Notes under the pieces: generated by a model | Told to the model about the DNA's origin: nothing | Seen by the model: the letters and a program-made list of their open reading frames with translations, nothing else | Databases searched by the model: none | Shown: in pieces, positions 10,159-22,063 of the stretch | Layout: each line of letters starts with the position of its first letter | Position numbering within the stretch: position 1 is the first letter of the stretch | Made by a program: the position numbers and the translations under genes | Assembly: GCA_040437565.1 (NCBI GenBank) | Contig: JBDOQK010000014.1 | Coordinates: 1-64,000 of the forward strand | Direction: 5' to 3' | Length of the DNA stretch: 64,000 bases | DNA from: Albugo candida | Taxonomy: Eukaryota

Positions 10159-12593
10159 AAGATGCAGATCTCTCAGAAATTTTGCTAGTTGGAGCCAAAT
10201 TGATGCAGCGCATACTGATTGATTATTCTCATGCTTCTTTTTCAAGTTTTGTGCATAGAGCATTTCCAAATGCGATGAGCTGTGATCATTGCTTTGCCTG
10301 AGAAGTCTGTAGCAGTATGCGCGCAGAGCATGAGCAATGACGACCATAGTATATCGTTTGTTTCCACATGTTTGTATCGCCAGTCTCAACACTTTCTCTG
10401 CACGAGAAGCTTCTCGTAATTCAATGAGCAATGATGCATACGTAAGCAATATGTTTGGAGATTCGGAATTCAGCTGCAAACTTTGCTCAAAATTTGCTAC
10501 TGCTTTGCTAAACTCATCATGTCGAAGGCAAAAAAACCCATACGCGTTCCAGGCTTCTGCCAAGTAAGTCGAATAGGAGTCTGAGTCATTAGGCCCATCC
10601 ACTTCATCGATTAGGGACTCGAGCTTATGAATATGGTCCAAGTATACTCCTTCGCAAGCGAGAGTATCGCCACGCAATTCCAATTCTAGAACCTTCAATT
10701 CAATTTCATGAATACTCAAAACGGTAGCTCCTGAGATGTTCGTGACAGATAATTGACCAGATTTTTGGAAAACCTCCTTCATAATGGTGTTCATGCATTC
10801 CATACACAAAATGAAAACTTGACCATGTATCTGTAGCTTGTGATCAATCGTATTTGATGCTGATTCAGGAAACGCAATAGAATCCAAACGCTCCTGAATT
10901 ATTGGTAAAATGCGTGTTTTCAAACCTTCTTTGAATGCGTGATAAATTCCCTCAGTGTTCAACTCGTAAATGAGACTCTGGCGTTTTTCAAGTCGTGTAA
11001 GTTTCTTGAATGGTATTGGATCGCTTTCTTCGTTTTGCATAAAGTCGCAATATTTTTGCATCAGAAGTAGTAGTATCTGACGAATTTCAGCGTGAAGCTG
11101 GCGGAAAGCATTCGATTCTTGTCCTTGAATGCTTGGATATTGATCTTTTGCGGGAAGAAGCTCATGTAGATCTATGGCTGGTGTCTCAACCTGGATAGCC
11201 TCATCAACCAATGAGCTCGGTGAGATCTCGACACTGACAAGGAGACTGCTATTCATTTTCTGCATGGAGGCAAAGATGTTCTGTGCAGTGATTGTCATTT
11301 GTTCGTAATCATTCACAGCGGCTTGCCATTGTTTCCTCTCATCCTGAGATGAGGCTGCCGCTAGGCGCTTTTCAAAAAACGCTTTTGATTCCATATGACT
11401 CGACCGAAATTGAGTAGAAGACGTAAACTTTTTACAGCCCGGAACCAACAATTCCGTGAGATTCAGAGAAAGGCTCCAATTGTTGCATTTCAAAAGTGGA
11501 TTCGTCTTCTCAAGTGTTCTGCGTAAAAGTCTCGCGGGTGCGTATTTACTGATACGTATATACTCAATAAATGAAGCAACTTCCTGCACACTATGTCAGA
11601 TTGAGCACAAAAAGGAAGGAATGGATAGCATACTCGTGGCTGAATTTGGAACGTCAACGCATTGTCAAATGCAACGATGACACGACGCTCAGAGCTAGAG
11701 TTGACGTCAACGATGGCATCATCTTTTATGGTGTGTTCCTCGATCACTTTACTACCGTAACAAATCCTTCCGCCGTCGAGGCGTTTGCATATTGTATCTG
11801 AATTTTGCGGATCATGCTCTTGTTGATCACAAAGGTACGGGAGATTGATCTCTAAAGTGAAAACAGACGTATCCATTTCGCTTTCTTCAGGAATTGAACG
11901 CGTGGTATCAATTGCTTCCGTGGCAGTTGTCAGAAATTCCGGAGGAAGATTTTCTACAGTGATTGAATGAAATCGAAGAATGCATAGCCCCATTATATAA
12001 TCAAGTACATTTGTGCTAAAGTGAATAATCGCCATTACAGTTATCAATGAGTTCTGAGTTGAAAAATGAAGTCTCCGTTCTGTGTGATTCCTATCAGCGC
12101 ATTTAGGAGCGCTTTGCAACAAGACCAATTCCTGGAGACCCAAAGAGCTTGTCCCGATAAATTGATCCACATCTTCTGACCTTTGATCTCCTGAATACAT
12201 CGAGACGACCAGCTCGGTTCCGAAAAGGTGATCCATTCCGGGCCAATTTATTGGAATTTTTTTTGACAGCTGATCGTACTCAAAATCGAACATATACATC
12301 CCGATATCTTCCTTTTGTGCACCGAGTGGTGAAAGTGCCTTCATTATCTTGGTATATACATTTTCATCCTCTTTGGTGAACCAAAATGCCGCGTTGTTTG
12401 AGCTAGTCCCTGATTGTTTGATCTCTATTGTTGCCCATAAAGGCTGTCCATGCGCTAAACTAGAGCCAAGTGAGCCCTCACTGGACTCCGGGTCACTAGC
12501 TAGGTTCGATTTTACATAAACTTGACCAAGTCGGATGGAAATAATTCCGCAGTCTTTTTCTTTTTCATGTACGGATTCTTCAGAGTGATTCAT
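8446..12593 (-). CDS. CFAP70: Cilia- and flagella-associated protein 70 (TTC18), TPR protein; exons 12593-11634 and 11583-8446; ~1130 aa after removing two gap-flanking duplications
   Basis: KRQSLIYELNTEGIYHAFKEGLK and EAKLALAEANRLDSRNPEVWGYLALL resemble conserved CFAP70 segments, and there are multiple TPRs. A 50-nt GTATGC...GCAG intron (11633-11584) joins the two ORFs in frame. Confidence 0.75.
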
Positions 12594-13185
12594 TCGATAC
12601 GATTAGTAGTGATAGTTTATTGACCTTTCACCATATATCGTGAGGCGCTGAAGTGCGACTGGTAGACAAAATGTGACAAAGCATCAAAAATTGTCTTTTA
12701 AGAAAGATTAGGCTTTCTACTTTGACTCGAGCATCGCCATGAATCCTATCAATGATTGTTTGTCAAAAGTAGCCGAGCGTATGTCGTTTGTGGATGTTTT
12801 TCTATGGAATATCACGACACCAAGGTTACAATCTCGATTCATCAGCAATCACTCGATTGTCGTTGGTGTCAATAAGTGAAATAGAGTGGATGAGATACAG
12901 ATGTGAGAGAACAAGGCAAGTAATGTTCTGCTTCAATCACTTGACGCCAACTGCCTCTGGCACCAGCGCATAAGAGATCTTGAAATCTCACACGAGATCG
13001 TTAGAGCAGCGAATGTAAAGCCACTGCAAACAATTCCATATATGAAGACATATTTCTAATATAGACCGCGTATCGTGAGCTAGCGTTCAATCCGCAGCGA
13101 TAGTATGATCGTGGAGTAGTGCCGCAGCAAATCATACTTATTTATAGGCTTATTTATATAATACTCAGAAGTTAATTGAGCTGAA

Positions 13186-15495
13186 ATGGAGACGAGCGCG
13201 AATGCTGCAGATTTTGGAATGAATACATCATATGTTGCAACGGATGAAAGCAACGAAATGGACCATGGACCAACTCAACTAACGACTGATTTGGTCGATC
13301 CTGTGACAGCAAAGAGGGAGCAATCACACAATGCAGAAGCAGCGTCTCCAAGGCGAAACGGAATCGAAAGTGAGATAGTGTGCGTAGTGTGTGACGGAGA
13401 CATCACAGGACTCTCAATCATCGGTCGTAACGTTCACATCAATCGATGTCTAGATACTCAATTGCAGCAGCTTGGTGCAGGCTCCAAGAAGCGCCAACTT
13501 CTCGAGGCTCATAATACTACAACAGTTGTCGAGTGGCACTGCCCTCATTGTGCGAAAAATCTGAGCAATTATAGCGACGATAGAAGATTGGTGCACGTTA
13601 ATCTGTGTCTGGATCGTGGAACATCTGAGCAACTGAAGTATACATCAACTCACCGTGAATCTATTGAGATCGAAACAGGCTTTACGCCTTCAAATAATCA
13701 AAGCGCATCTACATTAAAGAACCGTGACATATCTGTATGCAATACCTGCGGCGTGAACCTTACAAAGAAGACGCTGGTTGCTCGAGTTACGCACGTTAAG
13801 CAGTGCAGTAAAAGGCAAACTAGATCGAGGCTACTTGTGCCTCATCGAAGTGGGTCAGTTGAAGAGAATATGAATTCTCTAACAACGGATACTACTCTTG
13901 GCTTTGTCAAGCCTTCCGACGCTCGGGATGAAATCCGCCAGAGTATGTATTATAACTCTCTTTACTTTTTATCGTCTTTGTTGAGTTTCAATCCATGTAG
14001 CCGTAGAAAGCACTTCAAATATCAAACAGGCAGCTCGAAATGCTTTCGATATTATGATGAAAGGATCCCAAGCGCTTAAGAAATTGAGTAAGTTTCAGCC
14101 CGCACAATTATCTAGATTCGATTCGAGTGGCAAGTCTTGGAAGAAACCCAAGTTGGAGTCTGAAAGTGCAAAAAAGATGTCCGATATCAAATGCCCTGAA
14201 TTCAAAATCATATGTGGAACGAAACCACAGTTCATAGTGGACGGATTTCGCTTTGCAAATAAAAATCTAAGCAGTGTATATTTCTTAACCCACTTTCATT
14301 CCGATCACTACGTCGGACTCACTAAAGTCAGTACTCATATGCTTGTAGCTGATGGAAGCTCACAAGAAATGTTGATGTAGAAATTTGATGCAGGAACTAT
14401 CTACTGCAGCCAAATCACCGCAAATCTCGTCATGATGAAGCTCAGAGTTGATGCGTAAGCTACTTTCATGCTACAAAGCTCGTTTTATTGTTAGCAACTT
14501 GTGCTAACTATTGATTACAGAAAGTATATCTGCATCGTGGAACTGAATACACCTACGATTATCCATAGCGTTGAGGTCATCTTTCTTGATGCAAATCATT
14601 GTCCCGGAGCCTGCATCATTTTGTTCCGGCAAAAAAACGGAATGTCGTTTTTACACACTGGAGATTTTCGATATCATCCTCGAATGCTTCATTACCCTGC
14701 ATTGAGGTCCTTTGTTGATCAGGAGAGTACAGGAAATGAGACACATCGATTGAGTGGTGTCTATCTCGACACAACGTACCTCAAGTCGAAATTTGATTTC
14801 TCTCCACAGGAAACTGTCATAAAGCATGTGGTCGAGTTGGTGGAGAAACATTACAGCACGCAACGTCAAATGTATATTTTCGGTACATACACAATAGGAA
14901 AAGAGCGCGTGTTCATGGAAGTGGCCAAACATTTTGGAAAGAAAATGTGCGTATCGAAAGAGAAGTTTCGTGTTCTTTCATGTTATGGCTGGGATGGAAA
15001 CAATATGGTTTGTACACGTTATCAGTCTAAGATACCGCTTCCTCATTTGCCTGCTTCTGACTGTAGGATTACCTCACGACAGATTCTGGCGATACATGGT
15101 GAGTCAGTGATCAGGAATTCATAAGCTTGAGCGGGTTTTACCGGACTTTTCTGCTTAGTTTTTTCGTAATGCCAATGCACAGTTTACGAATGGATAGATT
15201 GCCAGGCTTACTACGAAGTTACACCAATCGATTCGACAAAATTATCGCTTTTCGTCCCACAGGTTGGACTTTTCAAGGCGTTGACGCATCGCTATCCAAA
15301 ATGCAACGAGATCCAAGTGACCGATTCCGAGTGTACGGGATCCCGTACAGCGAGCATTCCAGTTTTTCGGAACTTTGTCAATTTGTCAAAGCCTTCAAAC
15401 CAAAGACGATTATCCCGACGGTGAATTGCAGTTCAAGGCATCAGATGACGGAACAGGTCGACCTGATACGCCGGGCGGTCTCGAAAATGGCTTGA
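13186..15495 (+). CDS. SNM1A: DNA interstrand cross-link repair nuclease SNM1A/PSO2 (MBL + beta-CASP/DRMBL) with three N-terminal UBZ-like zinc fingers; multi-exon
   Basis: Motifs [63 protein letters not shown] and IIPTVN are spread over exons separated by short GT-AG introns. Confidence 0.9.
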
Positions 15496-15671
15496 TAGAA
15501 TCCTACTGCAGGCTATTCGTCTTGAGCCGAACACTTGACATTAAAACAACTCTGTAAATGAAAGGAAGCATCAGATCGAATTGAATGAACCAATCTTTTG
15601 TTTCGACTGCGAAATTTCCTCCAATCGTATTGAAGTAGGCGAACGGCTCCGAGTCGAATTGAGCCTTTAGA

Positions 15672-16329
15672 ATGCTTTTTCGCTCACGGCGAGTGATACA
15701 GCGTCAAACGCTTTTACATGCGCAATTTGCGCGCTTCTTGGCCGTACATAATGTGAATGTGCCATCCATGGGCGATTCTATCAGTGAGGGTACTTTAGTA
15801 GAAATACTGAAAGGGAAAGGCGAGTACGTTCAGGAAGATCAAGTTGTCGCCGTGCTAGAAACGGATAAAGTATGTCATTTGTTCAGGTCGGTTATTGATA
15901 GAAAAGTAATGTCTCGTTCGCCCATAGCTGAGTGTGGATGTGAGGAGTCCAGTTGCAGGAACGATTGTCACTTACCACGCGAATTTGGACGACAGCGTTG
16001 GAGTAGGAAAGCCGCTTCTGAGTGTTGATGACAGCCAAACATCACAACAATCACAAGATACCGTAATGAAGAAATCGCCCTCGCCTCCATCCACTTCAGT
16101 TTCTGAAAAAGTCACAAAACAGTCGACAGAACAAGTTGAAGCGACAGCAATTCGAAGGACACCGCTCATTCAATTTCTTGGAAAAAGAATGACAGAAAAG
16201 AGTGTCCCGATAGTAAGAAAAGAATTAAATGACCCGGCATCGACGTCTCTCTCGTCAGAAAGCGTGAGAAGGGTGCCCCTTTCAGCTGCAGAAATCAAAG
16301 CTATCAATACAGGAATTGCATTTTTATGA
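15672..16329 (+). CDS. Mitochondrial lipoyl-domain protein fused to a KGD4/MRPS36-like C-terminal module; exons 15672-15869, 15928-16329; 199 aa
   Basis: The protein has an Arg-rich presequence-like N-terminus and an E2o-type lipoyl domain (VPSMGDSISEG...VLETDK|LSVDVRSPVAGTI). An S/T/P linker follows, then RRTPLIQFLGKR and RRVPLSAAEIKAINTG. There is no acyltransferase catalytic domain. Confidence 0.85.
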
Positions 16330-16460
16330 TACTAAAAAGTTGAACATTATAAGTTTCTTAAATGTCCGTTTTCATCGGCGATACTGATCTTTTCGGCGAA
16401 AAGCGTTGCTTACCAAACCGCATGGTCGATCTCTTCTCGTAATTTACTAATTTAGTCGTA

Positions 16461-18645
16461 ATGCAATTGGAAGAATTCGTACGAGCGCTTCAGAGTTTCG
16501 ATGACGACACCAACAGTCTATCAATTTGGGAATACAGCATTCAGACCCAAGAGTCAATCTTACCACAAATTGATTCATTTTTCACAGAGGCGTTTTCAGT
16601 ACAAAGCTCACTCATTATTGCGCGTTATCGCCAAAACCCCATACCCAAAAGAGTGACAACTTTTGCTGGCGTTATCTACGCGCTATACAGTGAAATCAAT
16701 AATGCATTGGACAGAGATGCGAAACGTCCTCTCAGCAACGAGCAATTCGACGCTCTTTCTGGCGATTGCGGTCTTTTACATCTGACTCGATTGTTGCCAT
16801 TTTGCCAGCTATTTGGCGCCGTAAACGAATCAGCAGGGCTCTCATTGCTGAACAGAATCAGTACACTCTTTCCCCGTTCCTTTCAAAGTATGATAGATGA
16901 GTTAAACAGTTTGTACAAAGAGGTACTAAGCTTTTATCATTTATTTATCGCTCTAAACCGTGATCCGTAGTATCTCGAAAACGCGCATAATGAACTGATG
17001 AGTATGCCATCTCGTTCAAAGATCACAATTTACAACGTATGGATCACAAATTTGTTTGGTGCGACTTTATCGGTATCTGAAACACAATCTGTAGTCATTC
17101 CTACTAAGCGATCTTCTTCCAGTTCGCGAGCTTCACAGCATCAGAGCAATGTACAATGAACCTCGTTGGACTTCGGCTTCAAGAACGGGGTATCGAGCAG
17201 GAAGATGTATCAGATTTTTCAACAAGCCAACTACTTGGACCCAAAAGCATTGTCGCAGGTCTCATGAGATGTTACGAGAGCGATCTACCGCAATTTGTTC
17301 AAAAGGTGTCCGAAAGCGTTCAGGCGAAAGAAGAGGTGGCAAATTTGCGACAATCTGTAGCTAATGTTCGCCTCCAACTTCTCAATGTCAGTATTAACAA
17401 GCAGTCGATAGTTGCTTTACTTGATCATTCGAATGCGTAGACGCTTGGATTCATTATAAAGGCGACCACGGAAATCGAATGTAAAATAGAACGGCGAGGA
17501 GAAATATTGCTCGAACTTGTCTCGCTTCTAGTCAGTCTATCCAACGCAGAAGTTTCAGAGCAAGGAACGTACATCGCCGACTTATGGACGATAATGGGCT
17601 TCAAGGTATATATTTGCACGCAAAGAAGCGTCAAAGTATTCAAAGCCGTGTTGTATAGAATGTCATCGTTCCCTTCTTAAGAGAGGCACACATTGACGAA
17701 GATCGTATTTCTTGTCTTGAAGCTATCATCATGGCAGTGCCTCAACGGGGAGCTCACACACCCGGACACGGCCAGGGTAATGGCCAAGCTGTGCGTCAAC
17801 ACAATTTGACTCCAAAAGTTGATGGTAGGATGATTCAGAGCATCAAGGAACTCTTTCCTACCTTTGGTGACGGCTTCACTGAGCTGCTATTAATCAAAAA
17901 TGAGTATAATGTCGAGCGTGCTATCAATCAAATGCTGGAAGGAGACCCTTTACTGATCGATTCAGAGGCTCCACCAGAATCACTGCAACGCTCAGATCGA
18001 GAATACGCACGATTGTTGGCCACTCTATCAAATCAACCGGGGAAAAAGGAACTCTCGGGTCTCTATTCGTCGAATGCGACTTCCGATAATGGAAGTCGAG
18101 TTTGGCTCGGTAAGAAAGCACAAGACGAAGATTATGATCCTCAAGTAGCTCGATACGATCCCAATCTCGCGGACCTGACCAAAAGGCTCAACGAAATGCA
18201 TACTCTGGAGCAGAGTGAGCTCGCTGATGATACTCCGGATGTGACGTGCAAAATTGACGAATATGACGATGAGTACGATGACGAGTTTGATGACGAAATA
18301 ATGATCAAAGCATCGAGCGAAGTTGAGACTTTGGATGATATTCTCGCATATAATCGTCGAGTTCGAGCCAAAGAAGAAGAGGATGCGTATTGGAAAAGCA
18401 TGCGAAATCCAAATCACATTGATTCACAAGAAAAGTCGAGTGGTGGAGAGGCCGATGAAATCGACGAATCCAAGCAACGAGAGATCAACACAGAGACATC
18501 AAATTCGATGAACGAATCGACCACTCCACCGAATACAGCCAATCCTCCAGTGTCCAAGCGATCTCGAGCTCGAGATACGGCAAACAAAAGTAAGAAAGCG
18601 AATCATCACCGCAAAGAACGCGCACTCAAGAAGCGAGGAGTTTGA
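16461..18645 (+). CDS. ASCC2: ASCC2/Cue3-like CUE-domain ubiquitin-binding protein; multi-exon
   Basis: The CUE domain reads IQSIKELFPTFGDGFTELLL...YNVERAINQMLEG. An acidic DEYDDEYDD tract and a C-terminal RARDTANKSKKANHHRKERALKK resemble the ASCC2 tail. Upstream exons (16461-, ~16970-17390, ~17440-17605) are separated by GT-AG introns. Confidence 0.75.
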
Positions 18646-20860
18646 TCCGAAATTCTCGTATTGTCATCAAGAAAATAGGACACGATCGGTGTTTGATCGT
18701 TAAAAATGCAAGCGATCTATTTTTGATAAATCGGAAGAATAATCAATAGCTATTTCGTCGTGATACCACTAGGGGTGCCAGTAGATGGGGTTGAAGACGC
18801 GAGGCTGCTGCATGTGCCAACTAACCCGCTGTCAAACATTCCGATTCCTTTTGGATTCTGACTGAAATGGTCTGAATCGATAATAATCGTAGAGGTGAAT
18901 CCGGTCGCAAAGTGCCACTCAATATGGCAATGCAATAGCCACGCACCAGGATTGTTGGTGTAAAACTGAATGATAAGGAGACCAGCATCCTGACAGTTGC
19001 CAAGATTGTCTGCATTACATCCGGAGACGGTGACGACATCTCGTTCGAGGATTTCTTTCTTGTAGAGCGACGATGGGACTGGAGTATTCTCGCCGCAAGA
19101 TGACTGTATTTTGTCAAGGGGAACATTGCCGACATAGAGTATTCGAAAAATGAATCCATGTAAATGCATCGGGTGTACAGCTGGGTTGAGATTGTAAACG
19201 AAAATGGTCTGAACAATGTCCGAACTGGTGAGGACGAGCGGGTTTGTACTGGCAGGAATTGACTCTCCAATTGTAATTGCAAAGAGCGTGGGCATAGTTG
19301 GAAGTACGAANNNNNNNNNNNNNNNNNNNNNNNNNNNNNNNNNNNNNNNNNNNNNNNNNNNNNNNNNNNNNNNNNNNNNNNNNNNNNNNNNNNNNNNNNN
19401 NNNNNNNNNNCCTTTGGTGACGGCTTCACTGAGCTGCTATTAATCAAAAATGAGTATAATGTCGAGCGTGCTATCAATCAAATGCTGGAAGGAGACCCTT
19501 TACTGATCGATTCAGAGGCTCCACCAGAATCACTGCAACGCTCAGATCGAGAATACGCACGATTGTTGGCCACTCTATCAAATCAACCGGGGAAAAAGGA
19601 ACTCTCGGGTCTCTATTCGTCGAATGCGACTTCCGATAATGGAAGTCGAGTTTGGCTCGGTAAGAAAGCACAAGACGAAGATTATGATCCTCAAGTAGCT
19701 CGATACGATCCCAATCTCGCGGACCTGACCAAAAGGCTCAACGAAATGCATACTCTGGAGCAGAGTGAGCTCGCTGATGATACTCCGGATGTGACGTGCA
19801 AAATTGACGAATATGACGATGAGTACGATGACGAGTTTGATGACGAAATAATGATCAAAGCATCGAGCGAAGTTGAGACTTTGGATGATATTCTCGCATA
19901 TAATCGTCGAGTTCGAGCCAAAGAAGAAGAGGATGCGTATTGGAAAAGCATGCGAAATCCAAATCACATTGATTCACAAGAAAAGTCGAGTGGTGGAGAG
20001 GCCGATGAAATCGACGAATCCAAGCAACGAGAGATCAACACAGAGACATCAAATTCGATGAACGAATCGACCACTCCACCGAATACAGCCAATCCTCCAG
20101 TGTCCAAGCGATCTCGAGCTCGAGATACGGCAAACAAAAGTAAGAAAGCGAATCATCACCGCAAAGAACGCGCACTCAAGAAGCGAGGAGTTTGATCCGA
20201 AATTCTCGTATTGTCATCAAGAAAATAGGACACGATCGGTGTTTGATCGTTAAAAATGCAAGCGATCTATTTTTGATAAATCGGAAGAATAATCAATAGC
20301 TATTTCGTCGTGATACCACTAGGGGTGCCAGTAGATGGGGTTGAAGACGCGAGGCTGCTGCATGTGCCAACTAACCCGCTGTCAAACATTCCGATTCCTT
20401 TTGGATTCTGACTGAAATGGTCTGAATCGATAATAATCGTAGAGGTGAATCCGGTCGCAAAGTGCCACTCAATATGGCAATGCAATAGCCACGCACCAGG
20501 ATTGTTGGTGTAAAACTGAATGATAAGGAGACCAGCATCCTGACAGTTGCCAAGATTGTCTGCATTACATCCGGAGACGGTGACGACATCTCGTTCGAGG
20601 ATTTCTTTCTTGTAGAGCGACGATGGGACTGGAGTATTCTCGCCGCAAGATGACTGTATTTTGTCAAGGGGAACATTGCCGACATAGAGTATTCGAAAAA
20701 TGAATCCATGTAAATGCATCGGGTGTACAGCTGGGTTGAGATTGTAAACGAAAATGGTCTGAACAATGTCCGAACTGGTGAGGACGAGCGGGTTTGTACT
20801 GGCAGGAATTGACTCTCCAATTGTAATTGCAAAGAGCGTGGGCATAGTTGGAAGTACGAA
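17861..20860. repeat. Exact 1450-bp duplication (17861-19310 = 19411-20860) flanking a 100-N gap; assembly artefact
   Basis: Identical sequence abuts both sides of the gap. It creates false second copies of the ASCC2 3' end and the oxidase 3' end. Confidence 0.9.
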
Positions 20861-22063
20861 CGTAGCGAAGGGAGCCTGGTCGACAGATACGTAGCCAAGC
20901 CAGTTCGGATCAGTCGGTGTGGTTTTGATCGTAAACTGAAGTATAGAACAATTCTGCTTTGCTTCTTGTGGAAATTCAATTGGATTGAGTGAAGCGAGAT
21001 CGGCGTCATTTTCAAGTGTTTCGATGGTATCCCAATCCTTTGTCTTTGGATCGCACTGATTCACGGCGTTTGCACCATAAACGATACGCCCGAGCCCGAC
21101 TGGATTGAAATCAGAGGGGAATTGCTCTCGTGGAAGTGACGTGAACGGCGGTCCAAAGTTTGATTTACAGCGCATGAAGAATTGCTCATTGTCATTACCC
21201 ACGGCTTCAACCAGCACATCCATGGTCTGTGCCACAAACAGCCGAACTGAGTTGAGCTTCTTTGATGGTTTGACTCTCACACCATCGGCTGCCACTACAG
21301 TCATTGTATGACCGTCCACACTAAAGTTGAGCGGTGCAAAGCCAGCCATATTGATAAGACGGAGACGATAGATCTTACCAGGAGTAAAAATCAGCGTGGT
21401 TAGTGGCTGCCGATCCGTACAGACTGGAAAGCGCTTTTTGTCGACTAGTGTGCAATTAATGCGACCACGATTGTTGATTAGCACCGTATTCCATACTGGT
21501 TTGGCTCCGCTCGGATTCAAAGTTATGTTGGTGAATTGATTGAATAGGCTTGCACTTTCCTCGTGATACCAGTCAGCCAATTGCAAAACGTAATCTGCGT
21601 CGTAGACCATCGGTAGTTCATCTGGTGAATCTTCAACGATCATTGCACCGCGAAGACCGTCCATGTACTCGGTTTTCAGATGCGCGTGGAACCAGTGTGT
21701 ACCGCATGGAAACGCAAAGAAGTCGTATACGATCGTATTTCCAGTTGTAAGAGGACATTGAGTGATCCCACCAACACCATCCATCTCTTGAGTTTCCTTC
21801 TGAAACAATCCATGCCAATGAATAGCAACGCCCTCAGGAATCTCACTTTTGGTCGTGATGATGATTCTGTCTCCGCAGTTAGCTCGGATCGTGAAATGGG
21901 ATGCTCGTTCGCCATTGATTCCAATGACACTTCGTTCAACACCATCAAACGTAGCAAGAAATCGTGTGATATTCCATTCGAGCCTCACAATTTCTGCCTT
22001 GGGTAGCAGTGCTGGAGCGAAAGTATACAGAGCCGTAAACAGATACTTTGCAAGTCTTTTCAT
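20300..22063 (-). CDS. Secreted multicopper oxidase (laccase/Fet3/ascorbate oxidase superfamily), 587 aa
   Basis: A signal-peptide-like N-terminus and all four copper motifs are present: HWHG, WFHAH, HPMHLHG, HCHIEWH. The gene is intronless with an S/T-rich tail. Confidence 0.93.
   Translation of the reverse strand: MKRLAKYLFTALYTFAPALLPKAEIVRLEWNITRFLATFDGVERSVIGINGERASHFTIRANCGDRIIITTKSEIPEGVAIHWHGLFQKETQEMDGVGGITQCPLTTGNTIVYDFFAFPCGTHWFHAHLKTEYMDGLRGAMIVEDSPDELPMVYDADYVLQLADWYHEESASLFNQFTNITLNPSGAKPVWNTVLINNRGRINCTLVDKKRFPVCTDRQPLTTLIFTPGKIYRLRLINMAGFAPLNFSVDGHTMTVVAADGVRVKPSKKLNSVRLFVAQTMDVLVEAVGNDNEQFFMRCKSNFGPPFTSLPREQFPSDFNPVGLGRIVYGANAVNQCDPKTKDWDTIETLENDADLASLNPIEFPQEAKQNCSILQFTIKTTPTDPNWLGYVSVDQAPFATFVLPTMPTLFAITIGESIPASTNPLVLTSSDIVQTIFVYNLNPAVHPMHLHGFIFRILYVGNVPLDKIQSSCGENTPVPSSLYKKEILERDVVTVSGCNADNLGNCQDAGLLIIQFYTNNPGAWLLHCHIEWHFATGFTSTIIIDSDHFSQNPKGIGMFDSGLVGTCSSLASSTPSTGTPSGITTK

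Noticed and set aside
19482-20195. Second copy of the ASCC2 3' end, and a partial third oxidase at 18750-19295
   Set aside because: Both lie within the exact 1450-bp overlap flanking an N gap, so this is an assembly artefact.
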